Shown piece after piece: positions 9,488 to 22,502 of a stretch of DNA of 64,000 bases. Below the pieces are notes generated by a model that ran no database searches, was not told the DNA's origin, and saw nothing but the letters and a program-made list of their open reading frames with translations. This DNA is from an uncultured Trueperaceae bacterium (lineage in GTDB: Bacteria; Deinococcota; Deinococci; Deinococcales; Trueperaceae), in contig CAVSGP010000002.1 of the NCBI GenBank assembly GCA_963727505.1, positions 128,001 through 192,000 of the forward strand, read 5' to 3'. Position numbers and translations under genes: made by a program. Numbering within the stretch: the first letter of the stretch is position 1; each line of letters opens with the position of its first letter.

Positions 9488-10945
9488 GTGCGCGGCCGTT
9501 TCGCCCCCTACGTCATCGGCACGGGCCTGCTCACACTCGCCGGCGTGATGCTGATGTTCACCGCCTACGCCGCCATCGCTCGCGAGCCCACCAAGGGCTT
9601 CCTGGTCAGCGGGGCGCTCGGCGCGGCCTTCGGGCTCGTGCTGCGCAGGTTCGGAGCACCCAACGCCGAGCCCACCCGCCGCGAGGCGCTCATCGCCGTG
9701 CTCGTGTCCTGGCTGGCGGTGCCGGCCGTGGGCGCGCTGCCCTACGCCATCACGGCCGGCTTCGGGCCGGTGAACGCCCTCTTCGAGTCGATGAGCGGCT
9801 TCACCACCACCGGCGCGACCGTGCTGACCGACTTCGCCAACTTCCCTTCCAGCCTGTTCCTGTGGCGGGCGCTGTCGCAGTGGGTAGGTGGGATCGGCAT
9901 CCTGGTCATCTTCATCGCGGTCTTCCCGCAACTCGCCATCGCCGGACGCCAGCTCTTCTTCGCCGAGGCACCCGGACCGACCGAGGAGCGGCTCACGCCG
10001 CGGCTGCGCCACACCGCGACGGCGGTGATCACCGTCTACACCAGTCTGACGGCACTGTGCGCCGCCGCCTACGCCGTCGCCGGCATGCCGGTGTTCGACG
10101 CCGTGGCCCACGCCTTCACCACCCTGGCGGCCGGCGGCTTCAGCCCCAACGCGCAGAGCTTTCAGGGCTATGCCAACCCCGCGCTCGACTGGGTGGCGAC
10201 GGTGTTCATGCTCTTCGCCGGCGCCAACTTCGCACTGCTCTACCGCGGCGTGGTGGGCCGTCCGCGCGACATCCTGCGCGACCCGGAGTTCCGCGCCTAC
10301 GTGAGCATCGCGGTGATCGCCTCGCTGGCGCTGGCCGCGCTGCTCCTCGGCGTGTACAGCGTGGGTGACGCGCTCCGGCACGGCTTCTTCCAGGTCTTCA
10401 GCATCATGACGACCACGGGCTACGCCTCGGCCGACTTCGCGCAATGGCCACAACGCGCACAGGCGGTGCTGGTCGTGGTGATGTTCATCGGCGGAAGCGC
10501 CGGCTCGGCCGGCGGCGGCATCAAGGTCGTGCGCTGGCTGATCATCGCGCGCAACACAGCGCGCGAGGTCCGCCGCGCCTTGCACCCCCGCGCCGTGCTG
10601 CCGGTGCGCCTGGGCCGCCGCGTGGTCCCCGAAGACGTGCTCCGCTCGGTGGCCGCCTTCATCACGCTGTACGTCGGCCTGTTCGCGGCCAGCACCGTGA
10701 CGCTGGTCATGCTGGGGGCGGATTTCGTCACCGCGTTCACGGCCTCGATCGCCTGCCTGGGCAACATCGGGCCCGGCCTGGCGCACGTCGGCCCGATGGT
10801 GGACTTCGGCAGCCTCCACCCCGTCAGCCGCCTGCTGCTCACCTTCGACATGTACGCCGGCCGGCTCGAGGTGGTCACCGTCTTCGTGCTGTTCACCCGT
10901 GGCTGGTGGCGTCTTCCGCGAAGGCGGCCGCACGCCCGCCCGTAG
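9488..10945 (+). CDS. trkH: Trk potassium uptake membrane subunit
   Basis: FESMSGFTTTGAT, TTTGY, GGSAGSAGGGIK, GNIGPG, GRLE motifs. Confidence 0.95.
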   Translation: MRGRFAPYVIGTGLLTLAGVMLMFTAYAAIAREPTKGFLVSGALGAAFGLVLRRFGAPNAEPTRREALIAVLVSWLAVPAVGALPYAITAGFGPVNALFESMSGFTTTGATVLTDFANFPSSLFLWRALSQWVGGIGILVIFIAVFPQLAIAGRQLFFAEAPGPTEERLTPRLRHTATAVITVYTSLTALCAAAYAVAGMPVFDAVAHAFTTLAAGGFSPNAQSFQGYANPALDWVATVFMLFAGANFALLYRGVVGRPRDILRDPEFRAYVSIAVIASLALAALLLGVYSVGDALRHGFFQVFSIMTTTGYASADFAQWPQRAQAVLVVVMFIGGSAGSAGGGIKVVRWLIIARNTAREVRRALHPRAVLPVRLGRRVVPEDVLRSVAAFITLYVGLFAASTVTLVMLGADFVTAFTASIACLGNIGPGLAHVGPMVDFGSLHPVSRLLLTFDMYAGRLEVVTVFVLFTRGWWRLPRRRPHARP

Positions 10946-11004
10946 CGACGCCACCCCGTGCGCCCGCACGGTTCCGCGCCCCCTCGCCGCCGCAGGCGCA
11001 GCGA

Positions 11005-11033
11005 TTGAAGACCCGTCGGTGTCGGGGTATGCT
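11005..11033 (+). promoter_or_regulatory. Sigma70-type promoter of acs
   Basis: TTGAAG-17 nt-TATGCT, upstream of AAGGAGG and ATG 11096. Confidence 0.6.
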
Positions 11034-11095
11034 CGGCCTCGACTCTCGACGATCCGTCCGTCGCCCCGTCCGCACGGACGCGCCAAGGAGGAAGC

Positions 11096-13045
<1,950 letters not shown>

Positions 13046-13102
13046 CACCATGTCCGGATGCGCCGTCTCCGCCGCGGACGGCCGCGTGCGGGAGGGGCGC
13101 GC

Positions 13103-14044
13103 TCAGCGGTCCGTTCGGCGGGGCCCGGGAGCGGCGCGATCGTCGGCCTCGCGGCCGCTCGAGGAGACGCTCCGCGCACTCGCCATCGGGTGGCCCGACG
13201 GCACCGGGCGACGCCGGGGCCGCAGCTCGCTGAGGAACATCGCGGCCACCACCAGGAAACCGCCGATCCAGCCCAGCAGCCCCAAGCGCTCCCCCAGCAG
13301 GAAGAACGCGAAGATGGAGGCGACCACGGGCTCGAGCACGAAGATGATCGCCGCCACGTGGGCGGGCACCACCCGCTGGGCGTAGGTCTGCACCACGGCC
13401 ACCAGCGCGGTCGCCACCGCCGCCAGGTAGAAGATCGCCAGGAAGGTCGTCAGCGGCACGTGCCGTAGCGCCCCCACCTGCGGCAGCGCCCACAACCACG
13501 CCAGCAGCGCCATCGGCACGTGCTGCAGCGCGGCCAGCGAGGTCGCCGAGGCGCGGCCCGCGACCTCTCCCAGGTAGACGATGAACAGCGCGTAGGCGAG
13601 CGCCGTGCCGAGCACCCACAGGTCGCCGCCGTTGATCTGCCCCACGCCGCCACGCAGCGTCATCATGCCCAGGCCGGCGAGCGCCACCAGCGCCGCCAGG
13701 TAGGCGCGCCCGGTCACGCTTCGGTGGAGCCAGACCGCGGCCACGAGTGGCGTCAGGATCACGCTCAGACCGGTGATGAAGGCGGCTTTCGAGGCCGTCG
13801 TCAGCGACAGCCCCATGGTCTGGGTGGCGAAGCCGGCGAACGCCAGCACCCCCAGCACGAGGGCCGGCTTCACGGCCCTCCGGTCGAAGCGCGCCCAGCT
13901 CAGTAGCAGCCCCGCCATGGTGAAACGCACCGCCAGCAGCAGCGGCACCGGGATGGTAAGCAGCGCCTGCTTGATGACGACGAAGGTGGTGCCCCAGATC
14001 AGCGTGATACCGACGAGGGCGGCTGCTCCGACGGCGGGCGGCAT
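13103..14044 (-). CDS. DMT/EamA family transporter
   Basis: IWGTTF, two EamA repeats, LEPVVA; about 10 TM. Start approximate. Confidence 0.88.
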   Translation of the reverse strand: MPPAVGAAALVGITLIWGTTFVVIKQALLTIPVPLLLAVRFTMAGLLLSWARFDRRAVKPALVLGVLAFAGFATQTMGLSLTTASKAAFITGLSVILTPLVAAVWLHRSVTGRAYLAALVALAGLGMMTLRGGVGQINGGDLWVLGTALAYALFIVYLGEVAGRASATSLAALQHVPMALLAWLWALPQVGALRHVPLTTFLAIFYLAAVATALVAVVQTYAQRVVPAHVAAIIFVLEPVVASIFAFFLLGERLGLLGWIGGFLVVAAMFLSELRPRRRPVPSGHPMASARSVSSSGREADDRAAPGPRRTDR

Positions 14045-14100
14045 GCCCGCCATTCTCGCACGGCGCGGCGCTCGGCGCGCCGACGGCATAGAATGGCCGA

Positions 14101-14580
14101 ATGGACGGAATGCGCATCGGCTACGGGGAGGACGCCCACGCCCTGGCGCCCGGCCGTTCCCTCGTCATCGGCGCCGTGAAGATCGACAGCAGCCCCGTCG
14201 GCACGGTCGCCCACAGCGACGGCGACGTGCTGCTCCACGCGCTCTCGGACGCCCTGCTGGCCGCCTACGCCATGGGCGACATCGGCCAGTACTTCCCGCC
14301 GTCCAACCCCAATTACCGCGGCCTCGACAGCCGCGTCATCTTGCAGACCGTTCTGCAGCGCCTCGCCGACCAGGTCGGAAGCTACCGCATCGTCAACCTG
14401 TCGGCGGTGGTGGTGCTCGATCAGCCGCGGCTCGGCCCGACGCGGCGCGACATCCAGCGCGAGCTGGCGGGCGAGCTGGGGATCGACGCGTCGCGCGTCG
14501 GCGTGACCTTCAAGACCAGCGAGGGGATGGCGCCCGACTTCATCCAGGCGCGCGTCACGGTGCTGCTCGAGACCGAGTAG
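14101..14580 (+). CDS. ispF: 2-C-methyl-D-erythritol 2,4-cyclodiphosphate synthase
   Basis: RIGYGEDAH, HSDGDVLLHA, GDIGQYFP, KTSE; leaderless TAGAAT-6-ATG. Confidence 0.95.
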   Translation: MDGMRIGYGEDAHALAPGRSLVIGAVKIDSSPVGTVAHSDGDVLLHALSDALLAAYAMGDIGQYFPPSNPNYRGLDSRVILQTVLQRLADQVGSYRIVNLSAVVVLDQPRLGPTRRDIQRELAGELGIDASRVGVTFKTSEGMAPDFIQARVTVLLETE

Positions 14581-14591
14581 GCCCGCTCCGG

Positions 14592-14908
14592 CTACGCCTC
14601 CTGCACCGACACCAGCACGCGGCCGTCCCGGACCTCCACCTCGTACAGGCGGATCTTCTTCACGGCGGGCAGCGTGGGCTTGCCGCTGTGAAGGTCGAAG
14701 GTGGCGCCGTGGTGGGCGCACTTGACCTTGCCTTCGAGCAGCTCGGCGTCGGAGAGCGGGTAGCGCGCGTGCGTGCAGCGATCGGGGAGCGCGAAGAACT
14801 CCTCCCCCTGCCGGATCAGCACGATGGCGCGACCCTCGACCTCCAGTGCGGTGATGCCGTCGTTCGGGTAATCGGCGACCGCGCCGACGTCGGCGCGCGT
14901 CAGCGCGC

Positions 14909-14912
<4 letters not shown>
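14592..14912 (-). CDS. Rieske-type [2Fe-2S] ferredoxin (suf-associated)
   Basis: CTH and CAHH ligands; GTG start overlaps the sufD stop; AGGAG RBS. Confidence 0.9.
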
Positions 14913-16231
<1,319 letters not shown>

Positions 16232-16295
16232 GTCTCCGGGCGGCAGCCATCGGGACACGGGCCGCGTCGCGCGGCCCGCCCCGTCTACCGGCTGC

Positions 16296-17729
16296 TCAGC
16301 CGACGCTCCCTTCCATCTCTAGCTCGATGAGTCGGTTGAGCTCGACCGCATACTCCAGCGGGAGCTCCTTGGCCACGGGGTCCAGGAAGCCGCGCACGAT
16401 GAGCGCCATGGCCTCGTCCTCGGCCAGGCCGCGCGACATCAGGTAGAAGACCTGCTCGTCGTCGAGCTTGCTGACCGTGGCCTCGTGCCCGACGTGGGCG
16501 GTCTTCTCGCTGATCTCGATGTAGGGATAGGTGTCGGTCTTGGCGATGTCGTCGAGGAGCAGCGCGTCGCACTCCACGTTGGAACGCGCACCCTCGGCCC
16601 CCTCGTAGATCTGCACCAGGCCCCGGTAGCTGCTGCGCCCGGTACCCTTGGAGATCGACTTGCTGACCACGCTGCTGGTGGTGTGCGGCGCGGCGTGGAT
16701 CATCTTCGAGCCCGCGTCCTGGTGCTGGCCGTCACCGGCGAAGGCGATGGACAACACCTCGCCGTGGGCGTGCTCGCCCACCAGGTAACAGCTCGGGTAC
16801 TTCATGGTGACCTTCGAGCCCAGGTTGCCGTCGAGCCAGCCCATCGACGCGCCGGCGTGCACCAGCGCACGCTGCGTCACCAGGTTGTAGACGTTGTGCG
16901 ACCAGTTCTGGATGGTCGAGTAGCGCACCTGGCTGTTGTCCTGCGCGATGATCTCGATGACGCCGGAATGGAAGGAGTCGGTGGTGTAGGCCGGCGCGGT
17001 GCAGCCCTCGATGTAGTGGAACTTCGAGCCGGGCGCGCCGATGATGAGCGTGCGTTCGAACTGCCCGATGTTCTCGGCGTTGAGCAGGAAGTACGCCTGC
17101 AACGGCACTCCTACCTCGACACCCTCGGGCACGTACACGAACGACCCACCGGACCACACCGCGCTGTTGACCGCGGCGTAGTAGTTGTCCTCGGGCGGGA
17201 TCACGGTCGAGAAGTACTCCTTGAAGATCTCGGGGTACTCCTTCAGGCCGGTGTCGGTGTCGAGGAAGATGACGCCCTTCTTCTCCCACTCCTCCTTGAG
17301 CTTGTGGTAGACCATCTCCGACTCGTACTGAGCGCCGACGCCGGCGAGCGCGCGCTGCTCCGCCTCGGGGACGCCGAGCCGGCGGTAGGTCTCCCGTACC
17401 TCTTCGGGGATGTCTTCCCAGCTGTCGGAGGTCCCCTGCCGCTCGTTCGGCCGGATGTAGAAGTAGATCTTGTCGAAATCCAGGCCGCTCAGGTCGGGCC
17501 CCCACTTGGGCGGCCCCTTCTTCTCGGCGATCTCGAGCGCCTTCAGGCGGAACTTGAGCATCCACTCCGGTTCCTGCTTGAAGTAGCTGATCTTCTCGAT
17601 GACCCTCTTGTCCAGGCCCTTCTCGGAGCGGTAGAAGTACGTCTCCGGAAGACGGAAGTCGTATTGCTTGGTGTGCTCCATGTCCTGGAGCTTCTCGGCA
17701 TCGGGATTGACGTTCGTCAGATCCGACAT
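16296..17729 (-). CDS. sufB: Fe-S cluster assembly protein SufB
   Basis: GQFERTLI, YIEGCTAP, TMKYPS, HEATVSK, ELPLEYAVE; no intein. Confidence 0.97.
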   Translation of the reverse strand: MSDLTNVNPDAEKLQDMEHTKQYDFRLPETYFYRSEKGLDKRVIEKISYFKQEPEWMLKFRLKALEIAEKKGPPKWGPDLSGLDFDKIYFYIRPNERQGTSDSWEDIPEEVRETYRRLGVPEAEQRALAGVGAQYESEMVYHKLKEEWEKKGVIFLDTDTGLKEYPEIFKEYFSTVIPPEDNYYAAVNSAVWSGGSFVYVPEGVEVGVPLQAYFLLNAENIGQFERTLIIGAPGSKFHYIEGCTAPAYTTDSFHSGVIEIIAQDNSQVRYSTIQNWSHNVYNLVTQRALVHAGASMGWLDGNLGSKVTMKYPSCYLVGEHAHGEVLSIAFAGDGQHQDAGSKMIHAAPHTTSSVVSKSISKGTGRSSYRGLVQIYEGAEGARSNVECDALLLDDIAKTDTYPYIEISEKTAHVGHEATVSKLDDEQVFYLMSRGLAEDEAMALIVRGFLDPVAKELPLEYAVELNRLIELEMEGSVG

Positions 17730-17775
17730 GCGTCCCTCCCCTTTCGACGAGACGTGTGCGCGCGGCCTTCGCAGC

Positions 17776-18537
17776 TCATGCGACGACCTCGCCGCGAACC
17801 CATTCGTAGCCCTTCTGGTCGAGCTCCATGGCGAGCTCCTTGGGGCCTTCCTTGACCACGCGCCCGTCCACCATGACGTGCACGCGGTCCGGGACGATGT
17901 AGTTCAGCAGGCGCTGGTAGTGGGTGATGAGCAGGGCACCGAACTGCGGGCCGCGGGCAGCGTTCACGCCCTTGGCGACCACCTTGAGCGCGTCCACGTC
18001 GAGCCCGGAGTCGGTCTCGTCGAGGATGGCGTACTTCGGCTCCAGCACCAGCAGTTGCAGGATCTCGCTGCGCTTCTTCTCACCGCCGGAGAACCCCTCG
18101 TGCAGGTTGCGCTCGAGGATCGATTCGTCCCAGTCGAGGGCTTCGACCGCCGTCTGGAGCTTCTTGTAGAACTCCATCACGCCGATCTCCTCGCCCTCCG
18201 GTCGGCGCGCGTTGAGCGCCAGCCGCAGGAAGTTCGCGATCGACACGCCCGGGACCTCGACCGGATACTGGAAGGCCAGGTACAGGCCGGCACGCGCCCG
18301 CTCGTCGGGCGCCATGCCGAGGACGTTCTCGCCCTCCAGAAGAATCTCGCCCTCGGTGATCTCGTAGCTCGGATCGCCGGCGACGATCTTGGCGAGCGTC
18401 GACTTGCCCGAGCCGTTGGGCCCCATCAGGGCATGCACCTCGCCGCGGGGCACCACCAGGTCGACGCCGCGCAGGATCGTCTCACCGCCGCGGATGCGCG
18501 CGTGAAGGTTGCGGATTTCCAGGGTCGTGTCGCTCAT
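17776..18537 (-). CDS. sufC: Fe-S cluster assembly ATPase SufC
   Basis: [53 protein letters not shown]. Confidence 0.97.
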   Translation of the reverse strand: MSDTTLEIRNLHARIRGGETILRGVDLVVPRGEVHALMGPNGSGKSTLAKIVAGDPSYEITEGEILLEGENVLGMAPDERARAGLYLAFQYPVEVPGVSIANFLRLALNARRPEGEEIGVMEFYKKLQTAVEALDWDESILERNLHEGFSGGEKKRSEILQLLVLEPKYAILDETDSGLDVDALKVVAKGVNAARGPQFGALLITHYQRLLNYIVPDRVHVMVDGRVVKEGPKELAMELDQKGYEWVRGEVVA

Positions 18538-18592
18538 GCATACACCTCGTGAGGTCCGTGGATCGGTCGGTCGGGGGTTCACTCGGCCCTAT

Positions 18593-18678
18593 CTAGGACT
18601 CGTTCCGAGTTTTAGTATAGCGGCGCTCCCGCCTAATGTCGAGTAACGCGCTCAAGATTGAGCGTACCCCCTGGGGTA
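18593..18678 (-). promoter_or_regulatory. suf promoter with three palindromic candidate operators
   Basis: Minus strand TCGACA(18642-18637)-17-TATACT(18619-18614); palindromes at 18593-18609, 18649-18664 and 18665-18678. Confidence 0.65.
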
Positions 18679-18742
18679 GCCCTCCAGCGTCGGCCAGACC
18701 GCTGCCAAGCTGCCGCTGCTACGGTACCGCCGATCGGGGCGC

Positions 18743-19723
18743 TCAGTCGCGCCGTCGGCGCAACCAGCTCAACAACCCGCCGCGCTCGGACTCCTCGCGC
18801 TCGTCGGAGCGCTCGGGCTCTGTCTCGGGTGCCTTGGGGAGCCTGCTCGAGCGCCCGGTGCGCGGCGCCTCAGGGGGCTTCGCCACCACCTCGGGTTCCG
18901 CGGCCGGCCGTCCGGTCGCCGCCCGGAAGGCGTTGGCGAACTCCGCGACCGTCGCGAACCGCTTCTCGGCGTCGCGCGCCATCGCCTTGGTGACCACCCG
19001 CACCACGGCGCGCGGAAGGTCAGGGCGCAGCACCGCCAGGTCGCGCGGGATGCCCGACCGGTGGGCCAGCATGAGACTGTCGTACGTGTCCCCCACGAAC
19101 GGGCGCTCGCTCGACAGCACCTCGTAGGCCAGCACGCCCAGGCTGTAGATGTCGCCGCGAATGGCCGCCGGCTTGCCCTCGAACACTTCGGGCGCCATGT
19201 AGAAGGCGGTACCGACGCGGTCCTTGGAGTCCTCCGCCTGGAAGATGCCGGTGCCGAAGTCGCCCAGCTTGGACACCCCGCTGTCGGTAAGGAAGACGTT
19301 CGCGGGCTTGACATCGCGGTGCAGCACGCGCCGCTCGTGCGTGTGCGCGAGCCCGGCCGCAACACCCTCCACCAGGCCGTAGGCGCGATCCAGCGCCAGC
19401 CGCCCCTTCTCGAGCAACAGCTGGTCGAGCGTTCCGCCGCCGCACAGCTCGAGCGCCAGGAACGCCCTCTTGCCCGTCGGGAAACCGTCGAAGGCCGCGA
19501 CGATGTTCGGGTGCGAGAGCTTGACGGTGATCTGCACCTCGTTCTCGAACATGCGGCGCAGTACCGGCCGCTCGTGCAACTCATCACGAGGGAGCTTGAG
19601 CGCTACGCGACCGAACTCGCTGTGCTCGGCCAGATAGACGTGCGACGTCTGGCCCGAACCCAGCTTGTTCACGATCTGGTAGCCCCCCGGTACGAAGGCG
19701 GGCTGGTCGTTCCCGGCGGTCAT
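18743..19723 (-). CDS. Hanks-type Ser/Thr protein kinase (soluble)
   Basis: LGSG, VALK, HRDVKPAN, DFG, YMAPE, DIYSLG; GGAGG RBS; no TM segment. Confidence 0.93.
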   Translation of the reverse strand: MTAGNDQPAFVPGGYQIVNKLGSGQTSHVYLAEHSEFGRVALKLPRDELHERPVLRRMFENEVQITVKLSHPNIVAAFDGFPTGKRAFLALELCGGGTLDQLLLEKGRLALDRAYGLVEGVAAGLAHTHERRVLHRDVKPANVFLTDSGVSKLGDFGTGIFQAEDSKDRVGTAFYMAPEVFEGKPAAIRGDIYSLGVLAYEVLSSERPFVGDTYDSLMLAHRSGIPRDLAVLRPDLPRAVVRVVTKAMARDAEKRFATVAEFANAFRAATGRPAAEPEVVAKPPEAPRTGRSSRLPKAPETEPERSDEREESERGGLLSWLRRRRD

Positions 19724-19892
19724 CCCGTCCCCTCCAGCGGTCGCTCCGAGGCACCGCCCCTAAGAGCTAACGCCCGGCCGACTGCACCATGGTCCGTTCA
19801 CTCTACCCGGCAGGGGACGATCCGAACGAGAACCATCACGCACGGATCGACCCCACTCCGGATCGAGGGCGAGCCGTTGCCCTGCTACGGGG

Positions 19893-20567
19893 TCAGAGCT
19901 CGGTGCTGTCTCCCGGCTCGAGCACCAGGCAGCGCGCGTCGGTCTCGCTCTCCACCTTCGCCTTGAACGCCTGGGCGTCCTGTCGGATCGGATCGAAGGT
20001 GTTGTAGTGGACGGGGATGACGGCCTTGGGAGCTAGCAACTTCACGGCCTCGAGCGCGTCGTCCGGGCCCATGGTGAAGAAGTCGCCGATGGGCACCATC
20101 GCCAGGTCCAACCCCTTACGCCCGATCAACCGCATGTCGCTGAACAGCGCCGTGTCGCCCGCATGGTAGATGCGCTTGCCGCCCATCTCCAGGACGATCC
20201 CGGTAGGCATGCCACCGTAGGTGCCGTCCGGGAACGAGCTGGAGTGCCAGGCGGGCGTGAACCGGACCCGGCCGAACGGGAACGCGAAGCCACCGCCGAT
20301 GTTCATGCCGTGGCCCTGCATGCCCCGTTGCGACACGTAGTTCGCGATCTCGACGGCAGCGACCACGGTGGCGCCGGTACGTTCGGCGATGGCGGGCGTG
20401 TCGCCGTAGTGGTCGCCGTGGGCGTGGGTGAGCAAGATGTGGCTGGGCGCGACCTCGCTCGCCTCCACCGAGGTAGCGGGGTTGTGCGTCATGAACGGGT
20501 CGATGACGACCTCGTGCCCGCCCTCCGTGATCTGGAAGCCGGAGTGACCGAGGAAACGAAGCTTCAT
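19893..20567 (-). CDS. Metallo-beta-lactamase-fold hydrolase (UPF0173-like)
   Basis: LGHS, THAHGDH, HSSS, YHAGDT, PIGD.FTMGP, PVHYNTF; GGAGGT RBS. Confidence 0.92.
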   Translation of the reverse strand: MKLRFLGHSGFQITEGGHEVVIDPFMTHNPATSVEASEVAPSHILLTHAHGDHYGDTPAIAERTGATVVAAVEIANYVSQRGMQGHGMNIGGGFAFPFGRVRFTPAWHSSSFPDGTYGGMPTGIVLEMGGKRIYHAGDTALFSDMRLIGRKGLDLAMVPIGDFFTMGPDDALEAVKLLAPKAVIPVHYNTFDPIRQDAQAFKAKVESETDARCLVLEPGDSTEL

Positions 20568-20789
20568 GGATACCTCCCCATCGCAGCGGCGGCCCGGTGG
20601 GGGCGGACGATCGCCCCCGCCGCGAGCCGCGCTCGCTTGCGTACAGGACTCGAGGATAGCAGCCGCCCGCGCCCCGGCGGGACGCGTGGGGAACGACCGA
20701 CACGGCCGCCGGTGGGCGGCCCGGGTCGGCCTATACTGGATGCGTCCTGGACCGCGACATGGCGCCCGCCGGCGCGGCAGGAGAGACCG

Positions 20790-22337
20790 TTGACGAGCGC
20801 CATCCTCACCACCAAGCTCCGCCCACCGCCGCCGCGGGAGGACCGCGCGCCGCGCCACCGCCTGCAGGGGCGCCTCGAGGCCGGCACCGCCGGTCGCCTG
20901 ACGCTGGTGTCGGCGCCGGCGGGGTACGGCAAGACGACCGCCCTGGCGAGCTGGGCGGCCAGTACCTCGAAGCCGGTGGCCTGGCTCTCGCTCGACGAGG
21001 CCGACAATGCGCCGCAGCGCTTCCTGCGCCACCTGGTGGCCGCCCTGCAACGCCGCGACGAGACCCTGCGCGAGCTCGGCGACTTCGTCGGGGAGGACCT
21101 CGAGGCGGCCCTCATCACCGTCGTCAACGATGTCGCGGACAACGCCGAGCCGTTGGTGCTGGTCCTCGACGACTATCACGTCCTGCACGTCGAACGCGTA
21201 CACGAGCTGGTGCGATTCCTGCTCGATCATGCACCCCAGCCGCTGCGGTTGATCCTCGCCACCCGCACCGACCCGCCTCTGCCGTTGGCGCGATTGCGGG
21301 TGGCGCACGCCCTGAGCGAGCTCCGCACCGACGAGCTGCGTTTCACGGTCGAGGAGGCGAGCGCGATGCTCGCCGGGCAAGGGCTGGCGCTCGCCCCCGA
21401 CGACGTCGCAGAGTTGACGTTGCGCACCGAGGGGTGGCCTGCCGGGTTGCACCTGGCGGCCCTGTCGCTGCGCGGCCAGAGCGACCCGCACACGTTCATC
21501 GGCTTCTTCACGGGGACCGACCGCTTCGTGCTCGAGTACCTCACCGAGGAGGTGCTGACGCGCCAGCCGACCGACCTACAGAACTTCCTGCTCCTCACCT
21601 CCGTCCTGGACGAGCTCGACGCCGAGCTGGCGAGCGCCGTCACCAACGCGCCCGATGCCCAGGCGATGCTGGAGCGCATCGAGAGACACAACCTGTTCCT
21701 GGTGCCGCTCGACAGCCGGCGCCAGCGCTTCCGGTACCACGCCTTCTTCCAGGATCTGCTGCAACACCGTCTACGCTCGGCGCGGCCCGACCTTCCGGCC
21801 GAGCTGCACCGCCGCGCCGCCGCCGCGCTCGAAACCCGCGGCGAGCTGGACGATGCCCTGTTGCACGCGGTTCAAGCGGGCGACGAGGCGACCGTGAGCC
21901 GCCTGCTTCAGCGCCATCCCCGGGGTGAGCGGCTCAGGCGCGCGCTGGCCGGCGGCCTCGCCGCGGGGGCGCCTCCGCCGCCGGGCGCTGCGATCGGGAC
22001 CGGCGCGCACGACCGCGCGACCGCCGCCCGAGCGTCGCTGCGCGAAGCCCTGGACGGGCTCGCCGACGACGACACCGACACGGGGCACGCCGCGACGGAG
22101 CGTGCACCGGTCACCCAGGACAGCGCCGACACGACCTTCGACCCCGAGCCACTTTCGGAGCGCGAAGGCGAGGTCCTACGACTCATCGCCGCCGGGCTCG
22201 CGAACAAGCAGATCGCAAGGCGCCTCGACGTCTCGCTCAACACCGTCAAGACGCACGCCCGCAACGTCTACGCCAAGCTCGGCGTGACCTCGCGCACCCA
22301 GGCGGCCGCGCGTGCGCGGGAGCTGGGACTCGCCTGA
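20790..22337 (+). CDS. MalT-like STAND ATPase / LuxR-HTH transcriptional regulator, short (515 aa)
   Basis: TKLRPP, Walker A APAGYGKTT, WLSLD, Walker B VLDDYH, TEGWPAG, FRYH; C-terminal LuxR HTH (LSEREGEVL...NTVKTH..NVYAKL). TTG start after AGGAG; TATACT at 20732. Confidence 0.92.
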   Translation: MTSAILTTKLRPPPPREDRAPRHRLQGRLEAGTAGRLTLVSAPAGYGKTTALASWAASTSKPVAWLSLDEADNAPQRFLRHLVAALQRRDETLRELGDFVGEDLEAALITVVNDVADNAEPLVLVLDDYHVLHVERVHELVRFLLDHAPQPLRLILATRTDPPLPLARLRVAHALSELRTDELRFTVEEASAMLAGQGLALAPDDVAELTLRTEGWPAGLHLAALSLRGQSDPHTFIGFFTGTDRFVLEYLTEEVLTRQPTDLQNFLLLTSVLDELDAELASAVTNAPDAQAMLERIERHNLFLVPLDSRRQRFRYHAFFQDLLQHRLRSARPDLPAELHRRAAAALETRGELDDALLHAVQAGDEATVSRLLQRHPRGERLRRALAGGLAAGAPPPPGAAIGTGAHDRATAARASLREALDGLADDDTDTGHAATERAPVTQDSADTTFDPEPLSEREGEVLRLIAAGLANKQIARRLDVSLNTVKTHARNVYAKLGVTSRTQAAARARELGLA

Positions 22338-22384
22338 GCCGTGCGCCGTTCCCGGGCGCACGCTTGACGCGACACGCTCCCCCC

Positions 22385-22457
22385 TCACCCTCCGTGACGG
22401 GCCGCCTCACCCTTTCGGATGATGTCGACTCATCCCCGTCCGCCCTACCCTCGGGTA
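22385..22457 (+). promoter_or_regulatory. Phased TCA(C/T)CC boxes, palindrome and -10 upstream of the DUF4342 genes
   Basis: TCACCC at 22385 and 22407, TCATCC at 22430; palindrome TCACCC-TTTC-GGATGA at 22407-22422; TACCCT at 22446-22451. Confidence 0.55.
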
Positions 22458-22502
22458 TCGAGCGCGGCGGATGCGCCGCGCGCAGCCAGAGGAGGAAGGC
22501 TC

